Shown: positions 1 to 11,740 of the stretch, piece by piece
How the letters are laid out: each line of letters begins with the position of its first letter
How positions within the stretch are numbered: position 1 is the first letter of the stretch
NCBI GenBank assembly: GCA_964016885.1
Contig: OZ024745.1
Coordinates: 56,730,001-56,794,000 of the forward strand
Reading direction: 5' to 3'
DNA: 64,000 bases
DNA from: Eledone cirrhosa
Taxonomy: Eukaryota
Position numbers and translations under genes: made by a program
The notes under the pieces: generated by a model
Told to the model about the DNA's origin: nothing
What the model saw: only the letters and a program-made list of their open reading frames with translations
Database searches by the model: none

Positions 1-12
1 AGGCATCTGTAC

Positions 13-645
13 CTAAAGTTCATAGGTCAGAACATCCAAACCAAACGATTTACCCATTATGCAGCCAGTCATTGCCTCCCGTACTTCAGTGGCTGTTATC
101 GGCTTTTCCCAACACTCCGCCTCAGTGGCCGAGAGCCGCGGCAGTCCGTCGAGGTAGACACTAAAGTTCATCCCTCGATCCCGCCCGCCGCTGTCCCCGA
201 ACAGCTGAGCGAAGTGTCGCTGAAAAGCTTCGTACATTTTCCCGGGATCGAGTAGCATGCGCCCGTCGTGGTCCACCAAAGACCGGATCATGGCTTTGTT
301 GCCACGACGCGCCTCAGCCACTCGGGCCCATTGAACGGCTTTCGTCCCCTCGTGTCTGAGAGCACACACCCTACCTCTGACAACGTACCCTTCGTGCTTT
401 GCATTGAAGAATTGGTCAAGGGCCAATTTCGCCGCAAGTACGTCGGTCGCGATGCCTTTGCTAAGCGCCTCATCTAATTTTCTAACTAGTTCTCCCTCTA
501 CTCTCTTTTTCTCTATAGCTAAAGCCTTACTAAATCTAATGGACTCTATTCTAATCGCTCCTTTCAGAGCAAACCACCACTTGTTGTGATGATGGCCCCC
601 GTCAACGGCCGCTTAACTAGTTCGCTAATCCGGTCTCTGTAGCTA
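13..645 (-). pseudogene. LINE ORF2 linker between endonuclease and RT (Tx1/L1 type)
   Basis: FQRHFAQLF, EKPITATEVREAM, GKSFGLDVLTYE (canonical 'KSPGxDGxxxEFY' region). Confidence 0.8.
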
Positions 646-1395
646 TGTCAGATACCCCTTAGTAACCATCTAGCAACATGTGGTCAGAAAATATTTATAA
701 TATTTCTATTCTACAAACTACACAGCCCAAGTGAAATCAAGAGAAAAATTAAAGAAAATAATTTTATTGATAAATCCACCCAAGCTAAATGAACAATAAT
801 AATGGTTAGGGGTACTACTCCTACTATGACTACGCCTACGACCATGTCGACTACCACCACTAACAACAACAACAACAACAAGAGTAATAATAAAAGTGAT
901 GTTGATGGTGATGATTACTGAAGATTTTTAATAAAAACCCTAGAATGGTATTTTCATCATTTCTAAGAATAGCAAAACAATTGATGCTTTGGATAGGGTC
1001 AAATAAAAGTCGTTATACATGCTCAACCACCCATGACGCCTAAACCAATCAGCTTTTGTAATCCAGTGAAACTACACACCGATTGGTCGAAATACAGTAG
1101 CCGCTTTTTACGGTATATAAGGCACAAACTTTACCCATCTCATTACAGTTAAAAATTGCAAACTTGACTGTCATGTAAAAGCATGAAAGTACTTGTTAAA
1201 TTAACACTTAATATTTAATATTCTACCATACTATTTCATTATAATATAATTATAATTTTAAAGGATTGTAAATAAAACGAGTAAATCAAACAAAGTTGGA
1301 ATTCCGTTTATTAATATAATCTTCTACACACAATCCTACACACCTGTGTAAATTTATTTATATATATATCTATATATATATGTATATATGTATAT

Positions 1396-1440
<45 letters not shown>

Positions 1441-1789
1441 CATACAAATATACATATACACACATATATAGAAACTCACACCACATACATATATATATAA
1501 ATATATACATACACACATACATATACACAAATAAAGACACACACATATATATAAATAAACACATATATATATATATATATGTATGTGTGAATGTGTCTAT
1601 TTATGTGTATGTATATGTGTATTTACATCTATATATATATATATATACCCATATACATACATACATACATACACATACATACACACATACACACATACAC
1701 ACATACACACATATATATATGAATAAAAAAATATATATATACATATATACACACACACATATACATATACATACACATAAATACATACA

Positions 1790-1945
1790 TGGTGGCTGCC
1801 AACCCGTTTTCGAGTACGGCCACTACTTTATATCCATGTAGGGGAATCCCTACCGATGCGCTGAACGAGTGTGACTTTTTAGTCCAGCCAGCGACTTGAA
1901 AACTCTGGTACAAACACTACACTTGTGACAATTATTGACACATAG
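1790..1945 (-). mobile_element. 3' end of an RTE-type LINE (C2H2 finger + short 3'UTR) nested in the Tx1 copy
   Basis: CHKCSVCTRVFKSLAGLKSHTRSAHR* followed by a short UTR ending in a (TGTA)n-like tail. Confidence 0.65.
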
Positions 1946-1974
1946 TGCTGGGCCCATACATACAGACACACATA

Positions 1975-2682
1975 CATCTAAGTCAAACACACAGATCACG
2001 AATTTACGGTCCGTGTAGCTGACTATCTTGAATTGAGGACAGCCTATGCTAGACCTAGCTATTTCCCTACAAAATACTCTAGATATGATCTGGATGACCC
2101 GATAAGGTTTGTCCAAGTCCACATTGGCACATTCGGGAAATCCAATCGGTACCTGTCAGACAGTTCAAAACGCCTGAGCAGGTTGGGGGGGCTCTTGCAC
2201 CCTCCTCCCATATCCACTAATCCCACACAGTCCCAGCGTGCATCTAAGATCCTGTTCCAGTCGCCCACTAACACTAAAGAGAGGAACGTTCCAAGAATTG
2301 TCTCCAGAAGCCGGAAGAAATCAGGCTGCCCAGCTCCTGTCGGTGCATAGACGGCCACTAGCCTGAAAGCTTGCCCGTCTCCGCTGGTCACGTCCAGCTC
2401 CACCAACTTACCTTCTGGGTCCAGGAAGATGGCCCGTATGGCGAGATTCAAACCTCTCCGAAAAAGCAGCAGCAACTCCTCCCCCGATCCAGGACAGCTT
2501 GGACATGCGTACACATCGTAGCCGCCGAAGATCGGTGCGAAGGTGCGTGTTTCGGAGATTCTGGTCTTGCTGGTGGCCACTACATCTATGTTTAGTGACC
2601 TGAGGTCGTTGAGCAGGTGGCCCTGCTTCCATGACGACCCCAAGCCACGCGCATTTATGCTACCTATTCTGAGTGAGGTCAT
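1975..2682 (-). pseudogene. LINE ORF2 apurinic-type endonuclease (APE) domain, frameshifted
   Basis: Motifs IGSINARGL, DVVATSKT (QET-like), LVAVYAP, LVLVGDWN, WTW...SRSYL(D), then SYTD(H/R) in the next frame. Confidence 0.9.
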
Positions 2683-3497
2683 GTTGAAAAGGAGTGGAAA
2701 AGATAGGAAAGATCACTTACCTTACTTCTCGTAGAGGGAGAATGATTTTTCCATCCTTTTCACTGCTTGTGGCCTCCTCCGGAAGGATGTCCTTATAAAT
2801 CCTCCTGGAGCGTGCTTGTCGGAAGTCTCCGATGTCTTTGGGGAATTTTTGTTTTAGTGCCGTGTACGTTTTCTGTGTGATGCGAGTGATTTGTATGTGT
2901 GGAGGTGGTGTAAACCTTTGGGTATTGTGTAATCTTTTTCTGTGATGCTGGTGTTGTGTTGGATGTAGTGTAATAATTGGTTGTTATTCAAATTTAATGC
3001 TGTGTAGTGTGTATCGTTTTGGTTTGCGTTTGTTGTGGGTTTGTTTCTGTTTCGCTTTTTGGTGACTTTTGTGGTGTTGGTGAAAGTAGTGTTGGGGTTA
3101 ATGATGGTGATGGTGTTGGTGATGCTGGCGTGCATGGTGGCATAGCTGTCCTAACTTTATTGTTTGAGAGTTTATTTGTTTCCCTCTGTATTTTGTTTTT
3201 GGAGGGGGGACGGAAGAGGATTTGTTTCTTTTTTGGCTTATTTTTTTTTTTTGATAGTTTCCCACTCGTCGTCGTCACAATCTGTCTCCAGTTGCGATAG
3301 GTCGGGGAGTGGAAAATCCTCCACAGGCGTTGGTTTTGCTTGTGGCGTGGTGGATGGTAGAGGCGCTGGTGCTAGTTCTGGCGCGGTGGGTGGTGGTGGT
3401 GGTGTTGGTTTTGCTACTGTTGCTGGGTTGTTGCTGCTACAGTTGCTTCTGTTGTTTCTGCTACAGTTGTTGCTGCCATTTCTGCTGCTGGTGGTGT

Positions 3498-4007
3498 TTA
3501 TGGTTGAGTCACTGGAGTGGGTAAGAGAGGTGTCCTCAACTTTTTAGCCTGAGGGCAGAAAGCCTTTAGGTGGGTTCCTTCACCAAAAATGACACACCTA
3601 GGCCTTCTACCCTCGACGATTACGGTGAGGTGGCTGCCGTCAGTGAGGTCTATTACCTCTGGGATTTCCTCAATGCTTTTTTGGTCCACTTGGATCAGGA
3701 GCTCCATCCCAGATCCAGACCAGTTCTCCTGCTTTTCTTTTGATATTTCAATTATTTTCGTGTTGGCCTCGATGCCAGCGAGGACGGTAGACATTAGCCA
3801 GGGAATTTCGATGGCCGGTGGCACGTGGGTCACTATGATCTTCACGAGTCTCTGGCCACAACAGCTTGGGACGAGTGTGAAGTCGTCGCTTCTTAATGGG
3901 GCCATGGAGTACTCTCTGGTCTTCTGTGCTGTTCCAAAGAACACGTCCATGATTCCATATTTCTGCCCACGTCTGATGTGGTCTTTTTTCACCCACACAT
4001 GTCCCAA
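3498..4007 (-). pseudogene. LINE ORF1 (gag-like) fragment with degenerate CCHC knuckle
   Basis: EGRRPRCVIFGEGTHLKAFCP resembles C-x2-C-x4-H-x4-C; it lies upstream of the APE ORF and is flanked by Thr/Asn/Lys low-complexity ORF1 pieces. Confidence 0.75.
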
Positions 4008-4867
4008 AGCTTTTTAGATTTAGGACGCGGATGCCCGTTCCACTGGGCGCGATTGTGTGTTAATAGTCCGATAAGACACGGTGCATAGGCGCCGATGCTC
4101 CATTTTATTAGGTGTGTGGAGGGGGTAGGGGGTGAGGCTGACCCTGTACCCATCTTTCTTTACCACTCTCTTGGCTTCATTTAATTCCTCCTGAGTTACC
4201 TCGATTGTTTCGCATTTCTTGGCTGCTTTTCAAACGACACATTTGCGCTGGTGTTGATGTTTTTGTTGTTATTCTCATTGTTGTTGTTGCTGTTGTGGTT
4301 ATTGTTATTTTTGTTATTGTTATTTTTAGTTTCAGTTGTGGTGATGGTGGCGTCAGTGGTGTTCGGTGTGCAAGAGTCGATTCTGGGTGAATCCATTTCG
4401 ATGTCACGAGATAATAATTTATTTTTTCTTTTGTTTCTGTTGTCGCTGTGGTGGTGGTGGGGGTGGCGGCTTTAACACCTGCAGTTTTTGGTAATGTCGG
4501 GAAATGAATGTCTGCATGAGACGAATTTAAATTATTGCTACTGCTTATATTTTTAGTTCTGGTAAACGTAGTAATATTTACAATGATGGTGTTGGTGTGA
4601 GGTGTTAGTTTGTGAGGAAGGCTGTCAGCTTGGTGTGGCTGTGAGTCGTCCATGATTTTTTCAAAGAAATTTTTTGTTTGATAATTATAAAAGCTTAAAT
4701 TGTGGGCTCAAAGCCCCAATCTTTTTGAGTGTCCTTTTCCGAAAGCAATATATGTGAACTTATAAACACTTAACAACAAACATTTTCCATAAATGGCAAA
4801 TTGAAACAACTGATAACAACAAACCTTTGCGGAGCTCACGATAATACGATTTCCTACGTAGGTCGCC

Positions 4868-4913
<46 letters not shown>

Positions 4914-5036
4914 TGAGGAGGAGGGCGAGGAAGAAGAATATGTATAGATATACTCATGTGTTTCGGCATGCAGATATGTATACATTCGACTACACACTCA
5001 CGCATACACACTCACAAATATATATATATATAAATA

Positions 5037-5250
5037 AAGGATCGATCAACTTTCGTCAAATCGGATCGAGTAAACAATGTTTCCTTTGGTCTTTCCAATT
5101 GCTAATACTATCTATCGGTCGAAACTCCGGGTAGAAGGAGCAACGTGAAATAAAGTGTCTTGCTCAAGGACATAACGCATCGTCCAGGAATCGAACTCAC
5201 AACCTCAAGATTGTGAATCCCATTCTCTAACCACTCAGCCACATGCCTTC
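5037..5250 (-). mobile_element. tRNA-derived SINE family B (CORE-like)
   Basis: Minus strand: A box TGGCTGAGTGG, B box GAGTTCGATTCC, then GTCCTTGAGCAAGACACTT; close copy at 16972-17146. Confidence 0.8.
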
Positions 5251-5291
5251 ACACACACACATACACACATATATATATATATATATATATA

Positions 5292-6050
5292 GTAATAATA
5301 ATAAATTTGAAGACTAAAATCCAAAGAAGGCTCGATAAGGGTAAATATATATCAAATATATAAGAACCGTAGAGCAAATATTTATTAAAATAACAGATTA
5401 AAGTTTAAGCAAATAATCGCTGCTTAACGGGATCTTCTGAAACTAACAAAGTCAATCTGTGAACACAGAAGTAAATATTTCAAAAAACGTTACAATCGGA
5501 GGAAGACAAGAGGACGATACTTTGGTTCGTGGAAACGTTCCCTGGCAAAGAACGTGAAAAAACGAATATAATACGTCATTATTTGGAGCGGTGAAAAACA
5601 ATTACACGCAAAGACAAAACCACGTTTATGGTATAAAAGAAGTCGTAGACTAATATTCTATTAGGTGGTTCATAGAGACGTTCTCTGGCAATAAACGAAA
5701 AAACGAAGATAATACGTCATATGTGGAGCGGTGAGAACAATTGCACGCAAAGACAAAACCACGTAAATGGTATAACTGAAGTCTTAGACTAAAATTCTAA
5801 CTCGGAAACCGAATGATTCTCGGCTTCAGAGTTAAGAATAAAGTAAATAAAATACAGAGGTAATTGAAATTAAATAAATACATACACGTACATACACAAG
5901 CATACGGGAAAACACTCGCTATAGGCATACAAATACACGCACGTACAAAAAAAAACAACCCCAAATCCCGCACGCACATACAGAACCCACGCAACGCCTG
6001 TACCCGCACGCATACGAATGTATACACCAAATACACATAACAATATATAT
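5292..6050 (-). repeat. Interspersed non-coding repeat with an internal ~140 bp tandem duplication (5534-5660/5677-5799); probable PLE 3'UTR
   Basis: Homologous to 27400-27950 in opposite orientation; short terminal pieces at 17735-17782 and 22000-22054; all end near AATAAA and (TA)n. Confidence 0.6.
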
Positions 6051-6271
6051 AAAAAAAAAATATATATATATATGTGTGTGTGTGTGCGTGTATACATGTA
6101 ATTAAATAAACGTATATAAATAAATAAATACGTATATAACAAACGCACACACATACCTACATCTAAATACACATATGTTCGCAGACTACGTCAACCAAAA
6201 CACAAAGTACACATATACACACACCCTACATACGTACGAACCCGCACACACACACAGACGCAAAAGTCACG

Positions 6272-6345
6272 TATACACATAACCAGAAGCATATGTATAC
6301 ACATAACCAGAAGCATATGTATACACATAACCAAAAGCATATGTA
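6272..6345 (+). repeat. 24-bp tandem repeat x3
   Basis: GTATACACATAACCAGAAGCATAT repeated three times. Confidence 0.85.
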
Positions 6346-6350
6346 CCAGA

Positions 6351-6397
<47 letters not shown>

Positions 6398-6401
<4 letters not shown>

Positions 6402-6920
6402 ATTAAGTCAAATATGTAAAATTTGGCTTTGTCTATTATAAATAATAAATATACTGCTATTTAGGTGGCAGGCATCATTGGCTTTGACCTCTTCAAGCAG
6501 TTCGAATTGGTGTGGGAAAGAGAGGTACACATGTTGTTGAAGTGTGTCAATGCATCGATATGTCCAGCTCCTGGTTGTGTTGTTATTCTTGTGAGGAAGT
6601 GGAATCATATGAGTAATCAGAAGAATAACAACAATACCAGGAGCTGGACATATCGATGTATTGCCGGGGTAAACACACTTCAACAACATGTGTACCTGTC
6701 TTTCCCACACCAATTCGGACTGCCTGAAGAGGTCGCAACCAATGATGGCTGTCACCGGATTATATATAGCGGTATATCTATAATTTATAAATAAACGAAG
6801 CCAAATTTTACATATTTGACTTAATTATTTTACATTACTCCGGAGTAAACAAACCAACCTGCGTACTTAGTCGAATGCTCCAATCTGCATACTGAGGTGT
6901 CGGTATACAACCAATATATA

Positions 6921-6922
<2 letters not shown>
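6398..6922 (+). mobile_element. Fold-back mini-element, family 1 (arms 6398-6590 / 6621-6829, tail 6830-6922), with degenerate hammerhead in each arm
   Basis: Inverted arms are directly visible; (TA)n on both sides; homologous to 15418-15940. Confidence 0.85.
6719..6773 (+). ncRNA. Degenerate type-I hammerhead ribozyme
   Basis: ACTGC-CTGAAGA-stem II-GGAT(for GAAA)-TATATA-TA-GCGGT. Confidence 0.55.
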
Positions 6923-6989
<67 letters not shown>

Positions 6990-7049
6990 ATATATATAAA
7001 ATATATATATATATATAATATATATATATAATATATATATATATATAAT

Positions 7050-7092
<43 letters not shown>

Positions 7093-7115
7093 GTATATAT
7101 ATATATATATTTATA

Positions 7116-7150
<35 letters not shown>

Positions 7151-9765
7151 ATAATTTATGTGCGTTTGTTTCATGCGCTACATAAATCATTTTCAATTTC
7201 ATATTAGCATAGTTATTGATTTACTATTCGATGTGAAATACCCATTCACTATGTATTTAGAACATATTCTATATAACTTATTCTATCCAAAGAATGTGTA
7301 TAATAATTATATACAATGTAAAGAGTATTCTTTAAACAAGTAATGTATCCTTGTGCTCACTAACGTATGTTTATCTACATTTAGTATACAAATCATTGCA
7401 ACAGACATTTGATATTGATCCATTCAATAAAAGGAAATGATCTATGAATGTTGATTATCTCATTTGGTTAATAACAATTATGATGCCATCAAAAGGAAAA
7501 TAGATGAAAATCCACGTTTCATAGATAAATTATTCCAAGTAATATATAAATACAAAACCATTCCAAAATTGAAAGATAACAGCAATTCTTTGTCATTGAC
7601 AAATAAGAAAGCTATAATTTTTATTACTATTTATTATGCGAAACCATTAAATATATTTCTTTTTAGCTCTTCCAATGGGCCTTGAACGTATTCATAATAA
7701 GAATATAAAACAAATTGTTATATCAATACCACCAATTCATCCATTTGCTTTTGAGAACTGCTCCTTAGAAATGTTTTGGCTATGTATATAGTTAATTAGA
7801 ATAGTTCAATAATGCAACGAAAAATTAGCTTCTCACAGCATCATATAATCATTGAAGCTTGCTTTCAGATAGACAAATACACACACGTGCACGCGCCCAC
7901 CCTCACACCGTACACCATAAATATACACTGAGGAATGTTACAAACTATGTTTACGATACTGATAAGGTTATATATATGGCATTTCCTCCCAGATAACCAA
8001 AATAGTTTATTGTGGTAAACCCCAGCTTAAGACAAACATGCAATTAAAAAGAACAAATATTTTTGGTATGATTCATGGAAACAGACAATCTATAAAAAAA
8101 TTATTCAACATAGTTGCAGTTTCATTAATGAATTCGGAAATTGACTACATTACTGATAGTGTTACACTATAAATAAATCTAGTGAGGTTAGCCTCAAGAA
8201 GATAAGGGATTTCATGAACATTTGAAATAGCTTTTAGGGTAAGTGTATCTTGTTGATGAATATATGGCTGTTATTAAATCCTAACTTCGGCATAATGATT
8301 TCCAAATGTTGCTTTACAGGAATATGGCAGTAACAAAGCACTGTATGGCAATTATGCGTATTTTTTAAAATCATTCCATATCCTATCTGTAAATAATGTT
8401 ACGTACACACTTAGGAAACCATACTAAAGCCTATGTGTTCAAGTAAATATGGAATATATATATAAATTACACAACAATATACACATCTACATTGTATTTC
8501 AGTTAATAAATATTTCAATAATTCAAATTCTGAATATCTCAGCATACTGTCTATAAACAAGAAAATATTTCCTGTATGATATAATCCTAAATAGTCGCCA
8601 TCTGAATGAAGGAAGACATATCAATGAATTGATTAAACGTCTACCTCAAAATTGAACTATTATTAATAGAAAAACAAAAAGGTCAACAACCAATAATATC
8701 ATTGTTTACTATTATTTGCAAGAACTGACAGTAAGCCCTCAACACGTCGTATCAACAAGGCAGTTCGAATTCCTCCTTGAAGATAATTCCTTTCATATAC
8801 TTACATTAATTACACAAGCTTGAAAATTACGAAAACAAGAATGATAGAATTTCATATTTCCTGTTTACTCAAAATATGTTAACATGAATTCCCGCTTGAA
8901 ACAAAGTGCTAGAATGGTTATCATGTAGGTATTTTCTTTTCTAACTATACACTTAGGATGTATCAAACCCAGGTTTTCTTAAAAGGTATTAAATCGCCAA
9001 TATGGGTGGGTCATAAATAATTTAAAGATTGTATAAATTCGAAATGACGAATGTTTTACACTTATGCTGCATATCTTAAGAGACTGTAACGCCATGCTGG
9101 AGTATATTTATTATTGCAAAGAAAGCAAACATTTGAACAAATGCAGCTGAACATTACTGCTTTAGAATGATCCTGAAATTTAATATTTTATCTTCAAAAA
9201 AGAATTAAAAACACGTATCCATTTTCTTATAGTTTCTGCTGTTGCTTAAATAAGGCTAGTCCTGAACGAACATTCATGGTAAAAATCGGATTTCCAGTTA
9301 TGTCAACAAATTATAACACAGTAAAGAAGTCGGAAATATTTTACTGAATATGGTTTCAAAAATTGCTCATCAAATTTGATAATAGATGATGTCAATAGAG
9401 GAAATATTGAATTATCAGTGCAACACGCTTAGGATATTTAGTCACATTTTGGATAATATAATAAAGAATAAGCAAAATCTGGAAACAACAACGAAATAAT
9501 TTGATATTATAAGCTAGATAAATTGATTATCAATATTTCTATCAATATTTTATATTCAGAATGTTCACCACAGTGATATTATTTTCAATTGTTCAATATT
9601 TTCAAAATCAATAATCTAGTAATCTATAACATTTTTCCTAAATATGTTTTCACAAATTTTAATTGATGGCTGGCTTAAAATAACATAGATAAGTAGTATA
9701 CTCACATAGCTCTTTTTCTGTGGATCTGAAAAAACAAAAGAATTATTATTATTATTATTATTATT

Positions 9766-10443
9766 AGAGTATAATTAATTTTCACATCATGAACTTTGAA
9801 AGGTGTAGGGACTAGTCAATCGATCTATATATATAAGACAGGTCCATCGTCTACCCCTTACACCTTTCAAGGTTCATGATGTGAAACTTAATTATACTCT
9901 CATTTCTGGGAGCCATTCAAATGACAATCATGATGAAGGTTGTGGTGGTGGGTGTGGGTGTGTTGGTGATGTTGATAATTACGATAATAATAATAATTGT
10001 TTCTACGTTAGGCACAAGGCCAGCAATTACCCAGTGTATTACTGGTACTTTATTTTATCGACCCCGTAAGGATGAAAGGCAAAATCAACCTCGGCGGGAT
10101 TTGAACTCAGATCGTAAAGGGACGTAACTATGCTGGAAAGCATGGCGTCCGACCCTCTACCGATACTGCCAATCCACCGCCTTTATCCACGATAATAATA
10201 ATAATGATGATGATTTCTACTATAGGCACAATCGCTGGATTGTGCCTATAGTAGAAAACATTGTTATTATTATCGTAATTGTCATCATCACCCCCACCCC
10301 CACACCCGACCCCACATGCTTCATCATGATTTTAATTTGAGGGAACGGACATGTTTTCGAATGGCTCCCAGAAATTAGAGTATGATTAAGTTTCACATCA
10401 TGAATTTGAAAGATGTAAGGGGTAGTCGATCGACCTGTCTTAT
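9766..10443. repeat. Double fold-back (inverted triplication) with a SINE inserted in the middle arm
   Basis: 9766-9823 is inverted relative to 9845-9900; 9833-10233 (minus the SINE) is inverted relative to 10238-10443. Confidence 0.85.
9998..10182 (-). mobile_element. tRNA-derived SINE family A, full length, 17-bp TSD
   Basis: A box TGGCAGTATCGG, B box GAGTTCAAATCC, core GCCTTTCATCCTTACGGGGTCGATAAAATAAAGTACC; TSD ACGATAATAATAATAAT at 9981-9997 and 10189-10205. Confidence 0.9.
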
Positions 10444-11372
10444 GTATTTAATGTTTTGGACGAGGAATCTTCTTGTGCTTACATCGTATTTGAAATAGCT
10501 ATTTACTTTAGAACTATTATTGATATCATAAATACTACGCGTGGTTAGAATGCCTCAGGACGGAACTGCTGGACAGAATGTTACGGGCAAAACCCCGCAA
10601 GATTTTTGAGATGCGTAAGGGCAGTTAACAAAGTTTATATATTCCTTTAAAGTACTTTATCTGAATTTTGAAATTCAACGAGGAGCGTACTAGCGACAAA
10701 AAAGCATCACTATGAATACTAACAGCATTTAAATTGCAAAAATTGATTGTTGTGAGAGCATTCGCGAAGAGTTTACATTCACCATATAAATCCCAAAGAC
10801 GTTGACTAGTATCTCACGGCTACAAATGTGATGCGTACTGCATGACCTCTAATCATTCAGTTACCTTCAGCTCAGTAATGGGCTCAAATCGTAGAATTGT
10901 CGACAACCATACAAATGGAATGTAAAGAATTAGCAGCTGTAACAACAGAAGGATATCAGTGGCAACAGCTGCTCAATGTTGCAAGAATTATCAACTAAAA
11001 CAAGAGAACATATTGTTTTTTTAATGCAAAACAAAGAAATAACTAGGTTACCGGAGACAGTATAGCATATAGCTGCCTTCAATAAACTTCCATCAAGAGC
11101 AACTGCACCTAACGAAGTCAAGGAAAACTGTGTATAGCTCCATTGACTGACGCTTTTAGTTTTTGAATTACATTCTAAAGTCTCAATATCGATTGCAAAT
11201 AGTCACGAATGCTACTTCATTTTTTCATCTGAAGGTGCACTTCACATCCTTCATATGTCCATTACACAACTATTAATTAATCGATGATTGATTTTTATTT
11301 TAGAAAGAAGTACATCTTTTTTTCCGACACTGGCGCTAATTTATATCAGAATGGTGACATCAAATCCTGTAG

Positions 11373-11501
11373 ACATATACTTTTTTAAGAGTTATACGCA
11401 CACGCATACTGACATATAAGTGCACACGAATACACACACCCAAGCACGCACATAAAACACACTCATGTGTTTGGGGGTACAGACAGTACCCCCAAACACA
11501 C

Positions 11502-11544
<43 letters not shown>

Positions 11545-11555
11545 GGTGTGGGTGT

Positions 11556-11589
<34 letters not shown>

Positions 11590-11680
11590 ATGTGTGTACG
11601 TGTGTGTGTGCGCGTGCTTGGGTGTGTGTATTTGTATGTCAGTATGTGGGTGCGTATAACTCTTTAAAAAGCATATGTAC

Positions 11681-11716
<36 letters not shown>

Positions 11717-11740
11717 ACATATGCTTTTTAAAGAGTTATA
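11373..11740. repeat. Double fold-back (inverted triplication)
   Basis: 11373-11450 is inverted relative to ~11610-11678 around the perfect 15-bp hairpin 11466-11500; a third copy lies at 11717-11740 across (TA)n. Confidence 0.75.

Larger units (their letters stand above)
1..4740 (-). mobile_element. Decayed L1/Tx1-type non-LTR retrotransposon, 5' part (5'UTR, ORF1, start of ORF2), running off the window start and interrupted at ~646-1972
   Basis: Collinear minus-strand ORF1 fragments (4653->~2850) followed by the APE endonuclease ORF (2682->) and a post-APE segment (13..645). Confidence 0.85.

Noticed and set aside
6408-6794. Two overlapping antiparallel ORFs with similar protein sequence
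   Set aside because: A consequence of the palindrome; not conserved as ORFs in the 15.4-kb relative.
9998-10182. tRNA gene calls from A/B boxes
   Set aside because: The boxes belong to multi-copy SINE heads with TSDs; no complete cloverleaf.
10860-11130. Possible host exon
   Set aside because: Short open frames only; no recognisable protein or consistent splice pair.
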